64,000 nucleotides of DNA from Alphaproteobacteria bacterium (lineage in GTDB: Bacteria > Pseudomonadota > Alphaproteobacteria > UBA6615), in the NCBI GenBank assembly GCA_965261975.1, contig CBDHEC010000057.1, forward strand, positions 128,001 to 192,000, read 5' to 3'. Position numbers and translations under genes: made by a program. How positions within the stretch are numbered: position 1 is the stretch's first letter; the number at the start of each line of letters is the position of its first letter. Of this stretch, positions 38,375 through 51,153 are shown piece by piece. Under the pieces are notes generated by a model. It made no database searches. It saw nothing but the letters and a program-made list of their open reading frames with translations, and was not told where the DNA came from.

Positions 38375-40264
38375 TCAGCCGCCCTGACTACCGGGCGCAC
38401 GCAGGCCCGCCACATTGGCACCCGGGGCCAGCCGTGCCGGGTCGCGCTTCAGGGTTTCCCTCATCACATCGCGCGCAATCGGCGCGGCGACTGCCGAACC
38501 GCCGCCGCCATGCTCGACCACCACCGATATGGCATAGCGCGGCGCCTCAACCGGCCCATAGCCGACAAACAACGCGTGATCGCGATAGCGCCACGGCAGG
38601 TCCTTGTTCTTGATCACACCGCCGTCGCGTTCACGCTGGGTAATACGCCGGACCTGAGCCGTCCCGGTCTTGCCCCCCATCGACATGCCCGGCGTCGTGA
38701 TCCGTGCGGCGTGGGCGGTACCCGCCGGGGCTTCTGTCACGAGGGCCATGGCGTCCATGACCGACTTCAGATGCCGAGGATCAACATCAATCGTTTCGGT
38801 TTCGGCGGGCACGCGTGCGGCCAGCGTATCGCGCGCCACGACATCACGCGCCAAATGGGGGCTGACGACCTTGCCGCCATTGACCATGCGCGCGGTCATG
38901 GTCGCAAGCTGCATGGGCGTGGTGGTGATGAAGCCCTGGCCGATACCGGCGACAAGCGTCTCACCAAGGACCCAGGGCTGACCGATGACGGCGCGCTTCC
39001 ATGCCTTGGTCGGGATCAGCCCGGCCCGCTCGCCGGGCATGTCCATGCCGAGCTTGGTACCCAGGCCGAACTTGCTCGCCATGCGGGCGATGTTGTCGAT
39101 GCCGACCCGCCGCGCGACCTCGTAGAAATACACATCGCAGGATTCCGCAATGCCCCGGTCGAGGTTCACATGACCGTGGCCGTCGCGGCGCCAGCAATGG
39201 AACTTGCCGTCACCGACCTCAAGGAAGCCGGGGCAGAAGTAATTTGTTTCGGGCGTTACCAGTCCCGCCTCAAGCGCGGCCAGCGCGACGATCATCTTGA
39301 AGGTCGAGCCCGGTGCATACTCGCCGGCGAGCGCCTTGTTGCGCAGGGGCGCGCGCTCATTGTCGGCAACCGCGCGCCACTGGGCCGTGCTCAGGCCTTC
39401 GGTGAAGGCATTGGGGTCGAAACTCGGGGTCGATGCCTGAACGATGACCCCGCCGGTCTCTACGTCCATGACGACCACCGACCCGGCCTCATCACCCAGC
39501 CGCTTCATGGCGTCCTGCTGCAGGGCCATGTCGATGGTCAGGACCACATCCTGACCGGGGTCGCCGTCCTGGCGGTCGAGCTCGCGAATAACGCGGCCGA
39601 CGGCGTTCACCTCGAGTTGACTGGCGCCGGCGCTTCCGCGCAGGGGAAGATCGAAAGCCCGTTCGATGCCGCGGCGCCCGACCTTGAATCCCGGCAATTC
39701 GAGCAGCGGATCGCCGGAAAGATCCTGTGGCCGGGGCGAGCCGACATATCCCAGTATGTGGGCACCGGCTTCCCCGTTTGGATAGAAGCGCCACTCCCCC
39801 ACATCGATATCGATGCCCGGCAGATCCGGCGTGTTCACCTCGAGTTGGGCGACATCTTCCCAATCGAGGAATTCGCGAACGGTGACCGGTACGAATTTCT
39901 TGCGCCGGCGAATTTCCTTGAGCACACGCGCCTTCTCGTCCGCGCTGATCGGGATGATCATCGACAGGCGATCCAGAACCGCCGAAACGTCCGGCGCGTT
40001 CTCGGCTTTCAGCAGCACCCGGTAATTCTGCTGGTTGACCGCGATGGGTACACCGAACCGGTCAATGACCCGGCCGCGAGACGGCGGCAGAAGCCGCATG
40101 TTGATCCGGTTCTCCTCGGCCAGCATGTGGTAGCGCTCGGATTCGACCACCTGCAGGTAGTACATCCGGCCGACGAGCGCGGTCAGAAGACTGAACTGGC
40201 CCCCAGCCAAGAGTGCCGCGCGGCGCGTGAACTGCCGCTGACGATCTTTGTCGCGATTGTTCAT
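38375..40264 (-). CDS. mrdA: Penicillin-binding protein 2
   Basis: PGSTFK, SCD and GKTGTAQ motifs. Confidence 0.96.
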   Translation of the reverse strand: MNNRDKDRQRQFTRRAALLAGGQFSLLTALVGRMYYLQVVESERYHMLAEENRINMRLLPPSRGRVIDRFGVPIAVNQQNYRVLLKAENAPDVSAVLDRLSMIIPISADEKARVLKEIRRRKKFVPVTVREFLDWEDVAQLEVNTPDLPGIDIDVGEWRFYPNGEAGAHILGYVGSPRPQDLSGDPLLELPGFKVGRRGIERAFDLPLRGSAGASQLEVNAVGRVIRELDRQDGDPGQDVVLTIDMALQQDAMKRLGDEAGSVVVMDVETGGVIVQASTPSFDPNAFTEGLSTAQWRAVADNERAPLRNKALAGEYAPGSTFKMIVALAALEAGLVTPETNYFCPGFLEVGDGKFHCWRRDGHGHVNLDRGIAESCDVYFYEVARRVGIDNIARMASKFGLGTKLGMDMPGERAGLIPTKAWKRAVIGQPWVLGETLVAGIGQGFITTTPMQLATMTARMVNGGKVVSPHLARDVVARDTLAARVPAETETIDVDPRHLKSVMDAMALVTEAPAGTAHAARITTPGMSMGGKTGTAQVRRITQRERDGGVIKNKDLPWRYRDHALFVGYGPVEAPRYAISVVVEHGGGGSAVAAPIARDVMRETLKRDPARLAPGANVAGLRAPGSQGG

Positions 40265-40785
40265 GACGGCTGCGCCGAGCCGACGAGCCAGCGTTGGCTG
40301 TGCAGCAGCACCCAGGCGATAGCGGGAAAAGTGATGACGGTCAGGAGCATGCCCATCAGCACCACATCGGTGGGCAGGATCGCCCCGCGAAGCACCGATG
40401 CCAGGAACCAGGTCAGGAACGCCGCCACCGGCGTGACGATGGCGAAGCCCGACCAGAAAATCCAGAACGGTTTGCCGACGAGAAAACGGCGCTGGTTGAG
40501 AACGAACCGGTGCGCGAGCAGATAGATCAGGGCCGACAACCCGAACGGTGCGCCGATCAGCGCGTCTTGGAACAGACCCAGTGCGAACACCAGGATCCGG
40601 GGCATCAGGTCAGGGCGGAAGACGACCCAGTAATAGATCGCCATCAACGGCAATGCCGGGGCGATATCGGGAAGGAACGGCAGCGGCACCGGCAGCTGCG
40701 CCAGCAGGATCAGCAGGAGGGTGGTGAGGCCCGGCACGACCCGCCGGGAATAGTCGAGGACGGGGCCGAACGCGGCCGCGTTCAT
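40261..40785 (-). CDS. mreD: Rod shape-determining protein MreD
   Basis: Hydrophobic; YYW.V.RP and GLFQD motifs; synteny. Confidence 0.9.
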   Translation of the reverse strand: MNAAAFGPVLDYSRRVVPGLTTLLLILLAQLPVPLPFLPDIAPALPLMAIYYWVVFRPDLMPRILVFALGLFQDALIGAPFGLSALIYLLAHRFVLNQRRFLVGKPFWIFWSGFAIVTPVAAFLTWFLASVLRGAILPTDVVLMGMLLTVITFPAIAWVLLHSQRWLVGSAQPS

Positions 40786-41726
40786 TGGGCCGGCTCTGCG
40801 TCAGCGGCTGGCGCCGCGGACGGCCCTGCCAGGTCGGCCGGCCGCTGCGGGGCCCTCGCGGGAACCTGTTCGGGCGGCGGCAGAATGCCGTTCACGCCAT
40901 AGTCGAGCACCCGCGCCTCGCTCACCTGCGACAACGGCACAGCGGGCTGAATCGTGACCCGCGCTTCGCTCGCCTCGGCGACCACGCCGATCACAAGCCC
41001 AGGCGGAAAGACACCGCCATGGCCCGAGGTGAGCACCCGATCGCCTGCCGAGACCGGTGAGTTCGATGCGAGATAGGTCAGCATCGGCCAGGGTGTGTTG
41101 TCGCCCGTCACAATCACGCGGTCACCGGTGGATTCGACGATCGCGGGAATACGCGAGTTCAGATCGGTCAACAGCAACACGCGCGCCGAGCGGTCGCCCA
41201 CTTCAACGACCCGCCCCACGAGGCCGCCATGGGAGACGACCGCCTGTCCACGCTGCACGAAATGACGCGCACCCGCATTGATCAACAGACTATGAAAGAA
41301 CGCGCCACCGGTATCGGCAACCACCCGCGCGGTTATCGCCCGCGGTGCGGTCCCGGGAATGAAATCAAGCTGAGCGCGCAGGGTCGCGTTTTCGACCTCG
41401 AGTTGTTGCGCCATCAACATCCAGCGCAACAGCCACGCATTCTCCTGACGCAAGCGTTCGTTCTCGGCCCGAACAACAAAGAAGCTCTCGACAGACTGAG
41501 CCACCGACTGGCCCGCCTCGACGGGGCGCGACATGACATCGAGGACCGGTATCGTGGCGTCAACAATCGCGGTCCGCGCGCGTTCCAGCGCACCGGTTTC
41601 CGCCTTGCTGAGGAGCATCAACGCGAAAGCGATCGCCAGCAGCCCCAGAAATGCGAACCTCTGGCCCCAGATGCGGAACGGCACCGCCAAACCGGCAACC
41701 GACATGCTCGCATTTCGTTTCGCCAC
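40782..41726 (-). CDS. mreC: Rod shape-determining protein MreC
   Basis: Coiled coil; GLVGRV and TSG.GGVFP.G motifs. Confidence 0.93.
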   Translation of the reverse strand: MAKRNASMSVAGLAVPFRIWGQRFAFLGLLAIAFALMLLSKAETGALERARTAIVDATIPVLDVMSRPVEAGQSVAQSVESFFVVRAENERLRQENAWLLRWMLMAQQLEVENATLRAQLDFIPGTAPRAITARVVADTGGAFFHSLLINAGARHFVQRGQAVVSHGGLVGRVVEVGDRSARVLLLTDLNSRIPAIVESTGDRVIVTGDNTPWPMLTYLASNSPVSAGDRVLTSGHGGVFPPGLVIGVVAEASEARVTIQPAVPLSQVSEARVLDYGVNGILPPPEQVPARAPQRPADLAGPSAAPAADAEPAQ

Positions 41727-41773
41727 CAGACTATCCAGTCGTCCAGGTTCTCGCCGTCACCCCGGATGTACGG

Positions 41774-42832
<1,059 letters not shown>

Positions 42833-42861
42833 TTAATTGTTCGACCCCAAAGGAAGGGTCC

Positions 42862-42885
42862 GGGCGGAGCGCCAGAGCTCCGCCC
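42862..42885 (-). other. Stem-loop just after leuA
   Basis: GGGCGGAGC/GCTCCGCCC stem with no clear U-tail. Confidence 0.45.
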
Positions 42886-42894
42886 AGTTACCGA

Positions 42895-44490
42895 CTACGC
42901 CGACAAAGCCGCCGGCGCGGTTTTTTCTCGTTTCACAAGCAGTTTGTTCAGCCCGTGCAGATAGGCCCGCGCGGACGCGACAAGGGTGTCTGCGTCGGCA
43001 CCCTGCCCGTTTACGGTCTTGCCATTCTCGTCGAGACGGACCGTGACTTCGGCCTGAGCGTCCGTCCCGCCCGTCACCGCGTGCACCTGGTAGAGCTGCA
43101 GTTTGGCTTCATGCGGGAACAACTCGCCGATCGCGTTGAACGTCGCGTCGACCGGGCCGTTGCCCTGCGCCGTCGTCTTCACGAGTTCGCCATCGATTTC
43201 GAGCTCAAGATCAGCCTCCTGGGGCCCTTTCGAGCCAGCGCGCACCTGCAGAGATACAAACTTGAGCCGAACATTCTCGTGCTGAATTGTGTCATCAACG
43301 AGAGCAATCAGATCCTCGTCGAAGAGCTCTTTCTTTTTGTCCGCGAGATCCTTGAACCTCTGGAAGGCATCGCGCACGGCGTTGTCGCCCATGTCGCCAT
43401 AGCCGAGGTCCTTGAGCTTCTCACGGAAGGCATGACTGCCCGAATGCTTGCCCATCACCAGATTGGATTCGTTCAAGCCAACCGATTCCGGCGTCATGAT
43501 CTCATAGGTCTCGGCATTCTTGAGTACACCGTCCTGGTGAATTCCCGACTCATGCGCGAATGCATTGGCGCCGACGACCGCCTTGTTCGGCTGCACGTTA
43601 AAACCGGTGATCGTGGAAACGAGATGGCTGGCGCGGGTGATCACGGTCGAATCCGCACCCGTCAGATAGGGCATCGCGTCATGACGCGTGCGCAGGGCCA
43701 TGATGATTTCCTCGAGCGCGCAGTTACCCGCCCGCTCGCCGATACCGTTGATGGTGCATTCGACCTGGCGCGCGCCGGCCCCCACGGCGGCCAGCGAATT
43801 GGCAACCGCGAGCCCGAGATCATTATGGCAATGCACCGAGATCACGGCCTTGTCGATATTCGGCACACGGTTGAAAAGCATCTCGATCAACGCGGCAAAT
43901 TCCTCGGGTACCGCATAACCGACCGTGTCGGGAATGTTGATCGTGGAGGCGCCGGCCCGAATGGCGCTTTCAACTGTCCGGCAAAGAAAATCATGCTCGG
44001 TTCGCGAACCGTCTTCCGGAGACCATTCGACATCGGGGCACAGGTTGCGGGCGTAGCTGACGCTGTCGATGACCGCGTCATACACTTCGTCCGGCTCCAT
44101 CTGGAGCTTGAACTTCATATGCAGCGGACTGGTCGACAGGAACGTATGAATGCGCGGCAGCTCGGCCACCTTGACGGCCTCCCAGGCGCGGTCGATGTCC
44201 TGATGGGCCGCGCGGGCAAGCCCGGCCACAGTCGATCTCTTGATCGTACTGGCGACTTCTCGCACAGCCTCGAAGTCGCCGTTCGATGCAATCGGGAAGC
44301 CGGCTTCGATGATGTCGACCCCGAGCTCTTCGAGAATTTGCGCGACACGCACTTTCTCTTCGAGGTTCATCGAGCAACCCGGCGATTGCTCGCCGTCGCG
44401 CAACGTGGTGTCAAAAATACGAACGTAATTCGGGTCGCTCTTGTCGACCGACGAATCTTTGCCTTGTGTGTTTGTTTCGGTGGCGGTCAT
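42895..44490 (-). CDS. leuA: 2-isopropylmalate synthase
   Basis: DTTLRDGEQ, HCHNDLG and HESGIHQDG motifs; regulatory domain present. Confidence 0.97.
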   Translation of the reverse strand: MTATETNTQGKDSSVDKSDPNYVRIFDTTLRDGEQSPGCSMNLEEKVRVAQILEELGVDIIEAGFPIASNGDFEAVREVASTIKRSTVAGLARAAHQDIDRAWEAVKVAELPRIHTFLSTSPLHMKFKLQMEPDEVYDAVIDSVSYARNLCPDVEWSPEDGSRTEHDFLCRTVESAIRAGASTINIPDTVGYAVPEEFAALIEMLFNRVPNIDKAVISVHCHNDLGLAVANSLAAVGAGARQVECTINGIGERAGNCALEEIIMALRTRHDAMPYLTGADSTVITRASHLVSTITGFNVQPNKAVVGANAFAHESGIHQDGVLKNAETYEIMTPESVGLNESNLVMGKHSGSHAFREKLKDLGYGDMGDNAVRDAFQRFKDLADKKKELFDEDLIALVDDTIQHENVRLKFVSLQVRAGSKGPQEADLELEIDGELVKTTAQGNGPVDATFNAIGELFPHEAKLQLYQVHAVTGGTDAQAEVTVRLDENGKTVNGQGADADTLVASARAYLHGLNKLLVKREKTAPAALSA

Positions 44491-44525
44491 TGGTCCTGCC
44501 TCAAATTCGGTTTGCTGACTTCGGG

Positions 44526-44652
44526 TGAAAAACTCCCCCTGAACAACACAGGCCGTATGGTCTGCTTATGTTCAGGGGCACCTAAGTCGCAGGGCCGCAC
44601 TGCCGATAAGAAGCGCGTCGAGATCGAGCGTGTTCAGGCACAGATCAGCCAT
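44526..44652 (-). promoter_or_regulatory. leuA leader: Leu-rich peptide (44652-44572) and attenuator-type hairpin
   Basis: MADLCLNTLDLDALLIGSAALRLRCP (8 of 26 residues are Leu); CCCCTGAACA/TGTTCAGGGG stem then TTTTT; alternative pairing arm at 44631-44638. Confidence 0.7.
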
Positions 44653-44885
44653 CGGCAAACCGCAAGCGGAATGCGCCGATACATCAACTGCTGTGCGGAC
44701 TTTCGCCACGCCTCGAATCTCCCTAACGGCCCCGGCGGAACCTCGAACCCGAAGAATCGACGCAGGGCAGTTAATAAATGATGAACAATCGGTTCACCAG
44801 AATGCAAAGAAAGTGCCTTAACGCCCTTGTTTTAGAGCGATTTTACGTTCGACCGCAACGATTTTGTTAACCAAACCAGTCGGTT

Positions 44886-44920
44886 TCGGTCCGCACGCCA
44901 TATTTCGGCGCACGGACCGA
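44886..44920 (-). terminator. Hairpin after ilvC
   Basis: TCGGTCCGTGCGCC/GGCGTGCGGACCGA stem including G-U pairs; weak tail. Confidence 0.5.
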
Positions 44921-44937
44921 CCGAATTCCGGACCGAT

Positions 44938-46625
<1,688 letters not shown>

Positions 46626-46694
46626 AACGCGTCACTTTCACTGAATAGTCGTCATACGGAAGCAGCCCTTCGGCCGCCTTATCGATCGTCAGAC

Positions 46695-48464
46695 CTAGAC
46701 CAGGACCATGCCGTCTTCGGACTGTTTCTGTTCCTGCTGATCTTCGAGGCCCAGCAGGATTTCGTTATGCGCCGCACCGCCAGGAATCATCGGGAAACAA
46801 TTCTCTTCCTTGGTGACGACCATATCGACGAGAACCGGCCCCGGTGTTTCGATCATCTGCGTGATGACGTCGTCCACCTCATTCGGATGGGTTGCCCGCA
46901 GGCCGGCGATTCCATAGCTCTCGGCAAGCTTGATGAAGTCCGGAAGCCCATCGGAATAGGATTCCGAATAGCGCGCACCGTGCAGGAGCTCCTGCCACTG
47001 GCGGACCATTCCGAGCCAATAGTTGTTCAGGATGAAGATCTTCACCGGGAGCTTGTACTGGGCAATCGTGCCGAGCTCCTGGATGTTCATCATCGTCGAC
47101 GCTTCGCCCGCGATATCGATCACGAGCGAATCCGGATGCCCCACCTGAACGCCCACGGCCGCCGGCAGGCCGTAGCCCATCGTGCCCAGTCCGCCTGACG
47201 TCATCCACCGGTTCGGCTTGTCGAAGTGATAATACTGGGCGGCCCACATCTGATGTTGGCCCACCTCAGTTGTCACAAGCGCGTCCATGTCCTTGGTCAG
47301 CTCGTAAAGGCGTTTGATCGCGAATTGCGGCTTGATCTCGTCCTTCGGACCGGTGCCCTGCTCGAAGCCAAGACAGTCCACGGCGCGCCACTCTTCGATC
47401 TGCTTCCACCATGCCTCCAGCGCCTTGCCGTCGGGCTTGGCTTTCCGGGCCTTCCACTTCTCGAGCATTTCCTCGACGACGTTCTCGACATCACCGACGA
47501 TCGGCACCTCGACCGCGATATTCTTGTTGATCGAACTCGGGTCGATATCGATGTGGATCTTCTTCGAATTGGGCGAAAAGGCGTCGGTGCGACCGGTGAC
47601 GCGATCATCGAAGCGCGCGCCGATCGCGACCATCAAGTCGCAATCATGCATCGCCAAATTCGATTCATAGGTCCCGTGCATTCCCAGCATGCCGAGCCAC
47701 TGAGACGACGAACTTGGGAACGCACCCAGACCCATGATCGTCGTGGTCGCCGGATAGCCCGTCGCCGTCACGAGCTCGGTGACGAGTTCACAGGCGCGCG
47801 GGCCGGAATTGATGCAGCCGCCGCCGATATAAAAGATCGGCTTCTTGGCATTGGCGATCAGCTCCACCGCTTCTTCGATTGCCGCATCGGCCCCATCACG
47901 CTGGGGCTTGTAGTGCCGATGGGTAACGTTTTCCGGGGAATGGTATTCGCCCTCGGCGAACTGCACATCCTTCGGCAGATCGATGACGACCGGCCCGGGA
48001 CGACCCGCTCCGGCCACATAGAATGCCTCGTGCATGACCTCACTGAGATCGTCGACATCCTTCACCAGGTAATTATGTTTTGTGCACGGCCGGGTGATAC
48101 CCGTCGTGTCCGCTTCCTGGAAGGCATCATTGCCGATCAGATGCGTCGGCACCTGCCCGGTCAGGCAAACCACCGGAATGCTGTCCATCAGTGCATCGGT
48201 CAGGCCGGTCACGGCATTCGTCGCGCCGGGACCAGACGTCACGAGGACGACGCCCACCTTGCCGGTCGAGCGGGCATACCCCTCGGCCATGTGAACGGCA
48301 CCCTGCTCATGGCGAACGAGGATATGGCGCACGGAATTCTGCTTGAACAACGCGTCGTACATCGGGAGTACGGCGCCACCGGGATAACCGAAGACGACCT
48401 CAACACCCTGGTCGGCCAGAGCCTTGATCACCATTTCCGCACCGGTCATGCGATTGCCAGACAT
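46695..48464 (-). CDS. ilvB: Acetolactate synthase large subunit
   Basis: [21 protein letters not shown] and GMVRQWQ motifs; start trimmed. Confidence 0.96.
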   Translation of the reverse strand: MSGNRMTGAEMVIKALADQGVEVVFGYPGGAVLPMYDALFKQNSVRHILVRHEQGAVHMAEGYARSTGKVGVVLVTSGPGATNAVTGLTDALMDSIPVVCLTGQVPTHLIGNDAFQEADTTGITRPCTKHNYLVKDVDDLSEVMHEAFYVAGAGRPGPVVIDLPKDVQFAEGEYHSPENVTHRHYKPQRDGADAAIEEAVELIANAKKPIFYIGGGCINSGPRACELVTELVTATGYPATTTIMGLGAFPSSSSQWLGMLGMHGTYESNLAMHDCDLMVAIGARFDDRVTGRTDAFSPNSKKIHIDIDPSSINKNIAVEVPIVGDVENVVEEMLEKWKARKAKPDGKALEAWWKQIEEWRAVDCLGFEQGTGPKDEIKPQFAIKRLYELTKDMDALVTTEVGQHQMWAAQYYHFDKPNRWMTSGGLGTMGYGLPAAVGVQVGHPDSLVIDIAGEASTMMNIQELGTIAQYKLPVKIFILNNYWLGMVRQWQELLHGARYSESYSDGLPDFIKLAESYGIAGLRATHPNEVDDVITQMIETPGPVLVDMVVTKEENCFPMIPGGAAHNEILLGLEDQQEQKQSEDGMVLV

Positions 48465-48738
48465 AACGCCTACACCTTTCATTCTCGTTCGATTCAACCC
48501 GACACAACGACCGGGTTTCAAAATTCTGTTGCTGCAATGCACCAAAGACTGGCGGGATAAACGAAATCTCTCCCGATGACCAGCCGGATCGCCAAGACCG
48601 GCGCGATTTACACCGGGCTCATATCGACCAAAGAATGCACAGTGCTGCCAGGCACAAAAAAATCGCTGCGCGAACGCCGCATCCTTAACGGCCCCCGCTA
48701 CAAGCGCACAAGTAACTTAAGAAAAGATTTACGAGACG

Positions 48739-49683
48739 TCAACTCATAAATGAAAACACTTCATCATAATTTGAGTAATTATATTTCAATAATGCTATTC
48801 GAGGGTGATCCCCAGCCTCCCCCGGCAGTTGGTGCCTTAACCATGTCGTCTGACGTTTCGCGTAATTCCTTGTCTGCTGCTGGGCGGCGGCAATAGCCGC
48901 ATCCAATGGCGCCTCGCCTCGCAGATGCGCCGATAATGAGGGGTAGCCGAGGGCCTTGAAGATGGGGAGTGCCGGATCCAGCCCCTCCGCCTGGGCGCGC
49001 GCAGAGAGCGATCTCACCTCATCGATCGCACCGGCGTCGATCATGTCGAGGAACCGGCTGTCACAATTGCGGTAGAGTTCCTCGCGCGGCGGATCGATGA
49101 CGATCACGCGAAACGACTTGTCCGGCGCGATGACAGGTTCGTTTTGCCATTCAGAGAGCGGCCGGCCGGTCGCCTCCACGACCTCCCAGGCCCGCAATAC
49201 GCGCTGGCTGTCCCCCGGGTGGAGCCGGGCGGCGATCTCCGGGTCTCGTGTGGCGAGCTCGTTGTGGAAGGCGAGATCGCCGATCTCGCGCCGGCGAGCC
49301 TGGGCACGTTCCCGGAATTCACGCGGCACCTCCGGGATGGGCGCCAGGCCCTCCATCAGGGCCTTCAGATAAAGACCCGTGCCACCCACCAGGATGGGGC
49401 GGCGACCGGCATCGATCACGGATTGCAACGCCCCGTGGGCCGCCGCGGCCCACTCGGCCGCCGAACCCGCTTGTGCGGCATCACGGTCTCCGTAGAGAAG
49501 ATGGGGGACGCGGTCCTCGTCGGCTGGCGACGGACGGGCGGTCAGAATTCGCAAGTCACGATAAACCTGCATCGAATCCGCATTGATGATGGTGCCGTCG
49601 AGCTGTTCGGCGAGGCCCATTGCGAGCCCCGACTTACCGCTCGCCGTCGGTCCGGCAACGACAATGACCGGACGTTCAGCCAT
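48739..49683 (-). CDS. miaA: tRNA dimethylallyltransferase
   Basis: GPTASGKS, DSMQVY, GGTGLY and YAKRQ motifs. Confidence 0.96.
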   Translation of the reverse strand: MAERPVIVVAGPTASGKSGLAMGLAEQLDGTIINADSMQVYRDLRILTARPSPADEDRVPHLLYGDRDAAQAGSAAEWAAAAHGALQSVIDAGRRPILVGGTGLYLKALMEGLAPIPEVPREFRERAQARRREIGDLAFHNELATRDPEIAARLHPGDSQRVLRAWEVVEATGRPLSEWQNEPVIAPDKSFRVIVIDPPREELYRNCDSRFLDMIDAGAIDEVRSLSARAQAEGLDPALPIFKALGYPSLSAHLRGEAPLDAAIAAAQQQTRNYAKRQTTWLRHQLPGEAGDHPRIALLKYNYSNYDEVFSFMS

Positions 49684-49688
49684 CGGCG

Positions 49689-50978
49689 TCACACATCAAG
49701 CGGGTAGGAGACCAGGCCATCTGCCAGCTTGGGTTCGAACCAGGTTGATTTCGGCGGCATCACTTCGTTTGCATCGGCAACCGCCATCAGATCCTCGATG
49801 CTCGTGGGAAACAAAGCGAAAGCCACGGTCCCAGTCACCACTGTCCACGCGGGCCTCCAGCGCTTCCAGCCCCCGAATGCCACCAACAAAATCGATCCGC
49901 TTGTCGGTGCGCGGGTCGGCGATGCCCAGCACCGGCTCCAGCAAGCCGGTCCGAGAGCAGCTTGACGTCGAGACGGTCCAGCGGTTCGGCGCATCGGCGG
50001 CCGGCGGCGGACTCTCGCTCGCGAGCACATACCAGGTCCCGCCGAGATACATGCCAAAAGCGGTGGGGCTGCTACCGGGGCGTGCCTGTGCACTTGCCGG
50101 ATTCCGATACCTCGAACATCTCGCCGACACGCTTTGCCAGGAAGTGCTTCCTGGCTCGAAAGGCCGTTGAGATCCTTCATCAACACGGTTGTAGTCGAGA
50201 ATGTTCAGCTCTTCTGCCGGGAAAGCCACGATCAGAAAGCGCTCATGTGCGAATCCGTTGCCTGCCTGATCTCGTGCCGTCGCGCAGTTCGCCGCAACCC
50301 GCGATGCCGCGGCAGCAGAGCGGTGATGTCCATCGGCGATGTAAAGCACATCGACCGGCGCATAAGCCTCGGCCACGGTGGCTGTACATCGCGTCCGGAT
50401 CCGTGATCGGCCCAGACGATATGACGGACACCGTCCGGCTGCGTCACATCATAGGTCGGGTCGCTGTGCCGTCATCTCGGCTTGAGAACCTTCTGCACAT
50501 GCCTGGCCTGTGACTGATGCACGACAAGCACCGGGCCGGTCTGAGCATCCACGGAATCGATCTGGCGGACCCGGTCGTCTTCCTTGTCCGGGCGCGTAAA
50601 CTCATGCTTGCGAACAATGTTCTTGTTGATAGGCATCCACCGGGGTGGCGGCGACAATGACCGGTCTGGACTGTGATCGCCCATGATGATCCGATAGACG
50701 TAATAGCAGGGCGCATCGTCGCGGATCAGCACACCGGCCTCGATCATGGCCGCGAGGTTCGATGCCCCCTTGGCATAAACCTCGTCCGCGTGGGAATCCG
50801 TACCCGGCGGCAAATCAATTTCGGGTCGCGAGACATGCAGGAAACTCCACGGCCTGCCATCCGCCAGCTCGGCAGCCTCATCAAACGACACAACATCATA
50901 GGGCGGTGCGGCAACATCCTCGGCGGCTCCAGGCGCGGGACGCAGTCCGGGGAACGGGTGGAGCAGGATTTCGCTCAT
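49689..50978 (-). pseudogene. DUF1015-family protein with multiple frameshifts (probably sequencing errors)
   Basis: Family motifs appear in order across several frames: PPYDV, SFLHV.RPE, KHEFTRPDKEDDR, YIADGHHR, LDYNR, IDFVGGIRG, MPPKSTWFEPKL. Confidence 0.85.
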
Positions 50979-51085
50979 ATCGACAGCTCGTTTGTTGGTT
51001 TGAACAGAAGAACGCTTCAGCGCGTCGTCATCGCATATTGCTCTGGCCAACGAAAGCGCCAGCGCCGAAAAGTCGCCCCGAAACG

Positions 51086-51117
51086 AAAAAAAACGGCGGC
51101 ACCCGAAGGTGCCGCCG
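51086..51117 (-). terminator. Rho-independent terminator after degP
   Basis: CGGCGGCACC-TTCG-GGTGCCGCCG followed by T8 on the minus strand. Confidence 0.88.
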
Positions 51118-51153
51118 CCGTTCCTTACCCAGGAAACCGGTTCCGGATTTACG

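Noticed and set aside
38366-40525. Long antisense ORFs (719 aa opposite mrdA; also 42955-44781, 14819-16420, 29389-31101 and 36729-38387)
   Set aside because: These are shadow ORFs of high-GC genes with no recognisable motifs.
48470-48735. ilvB attenuator leader peptide
   Set aside because: No Ile/Leu/Val-rich uORF or terminator hairpin was found.
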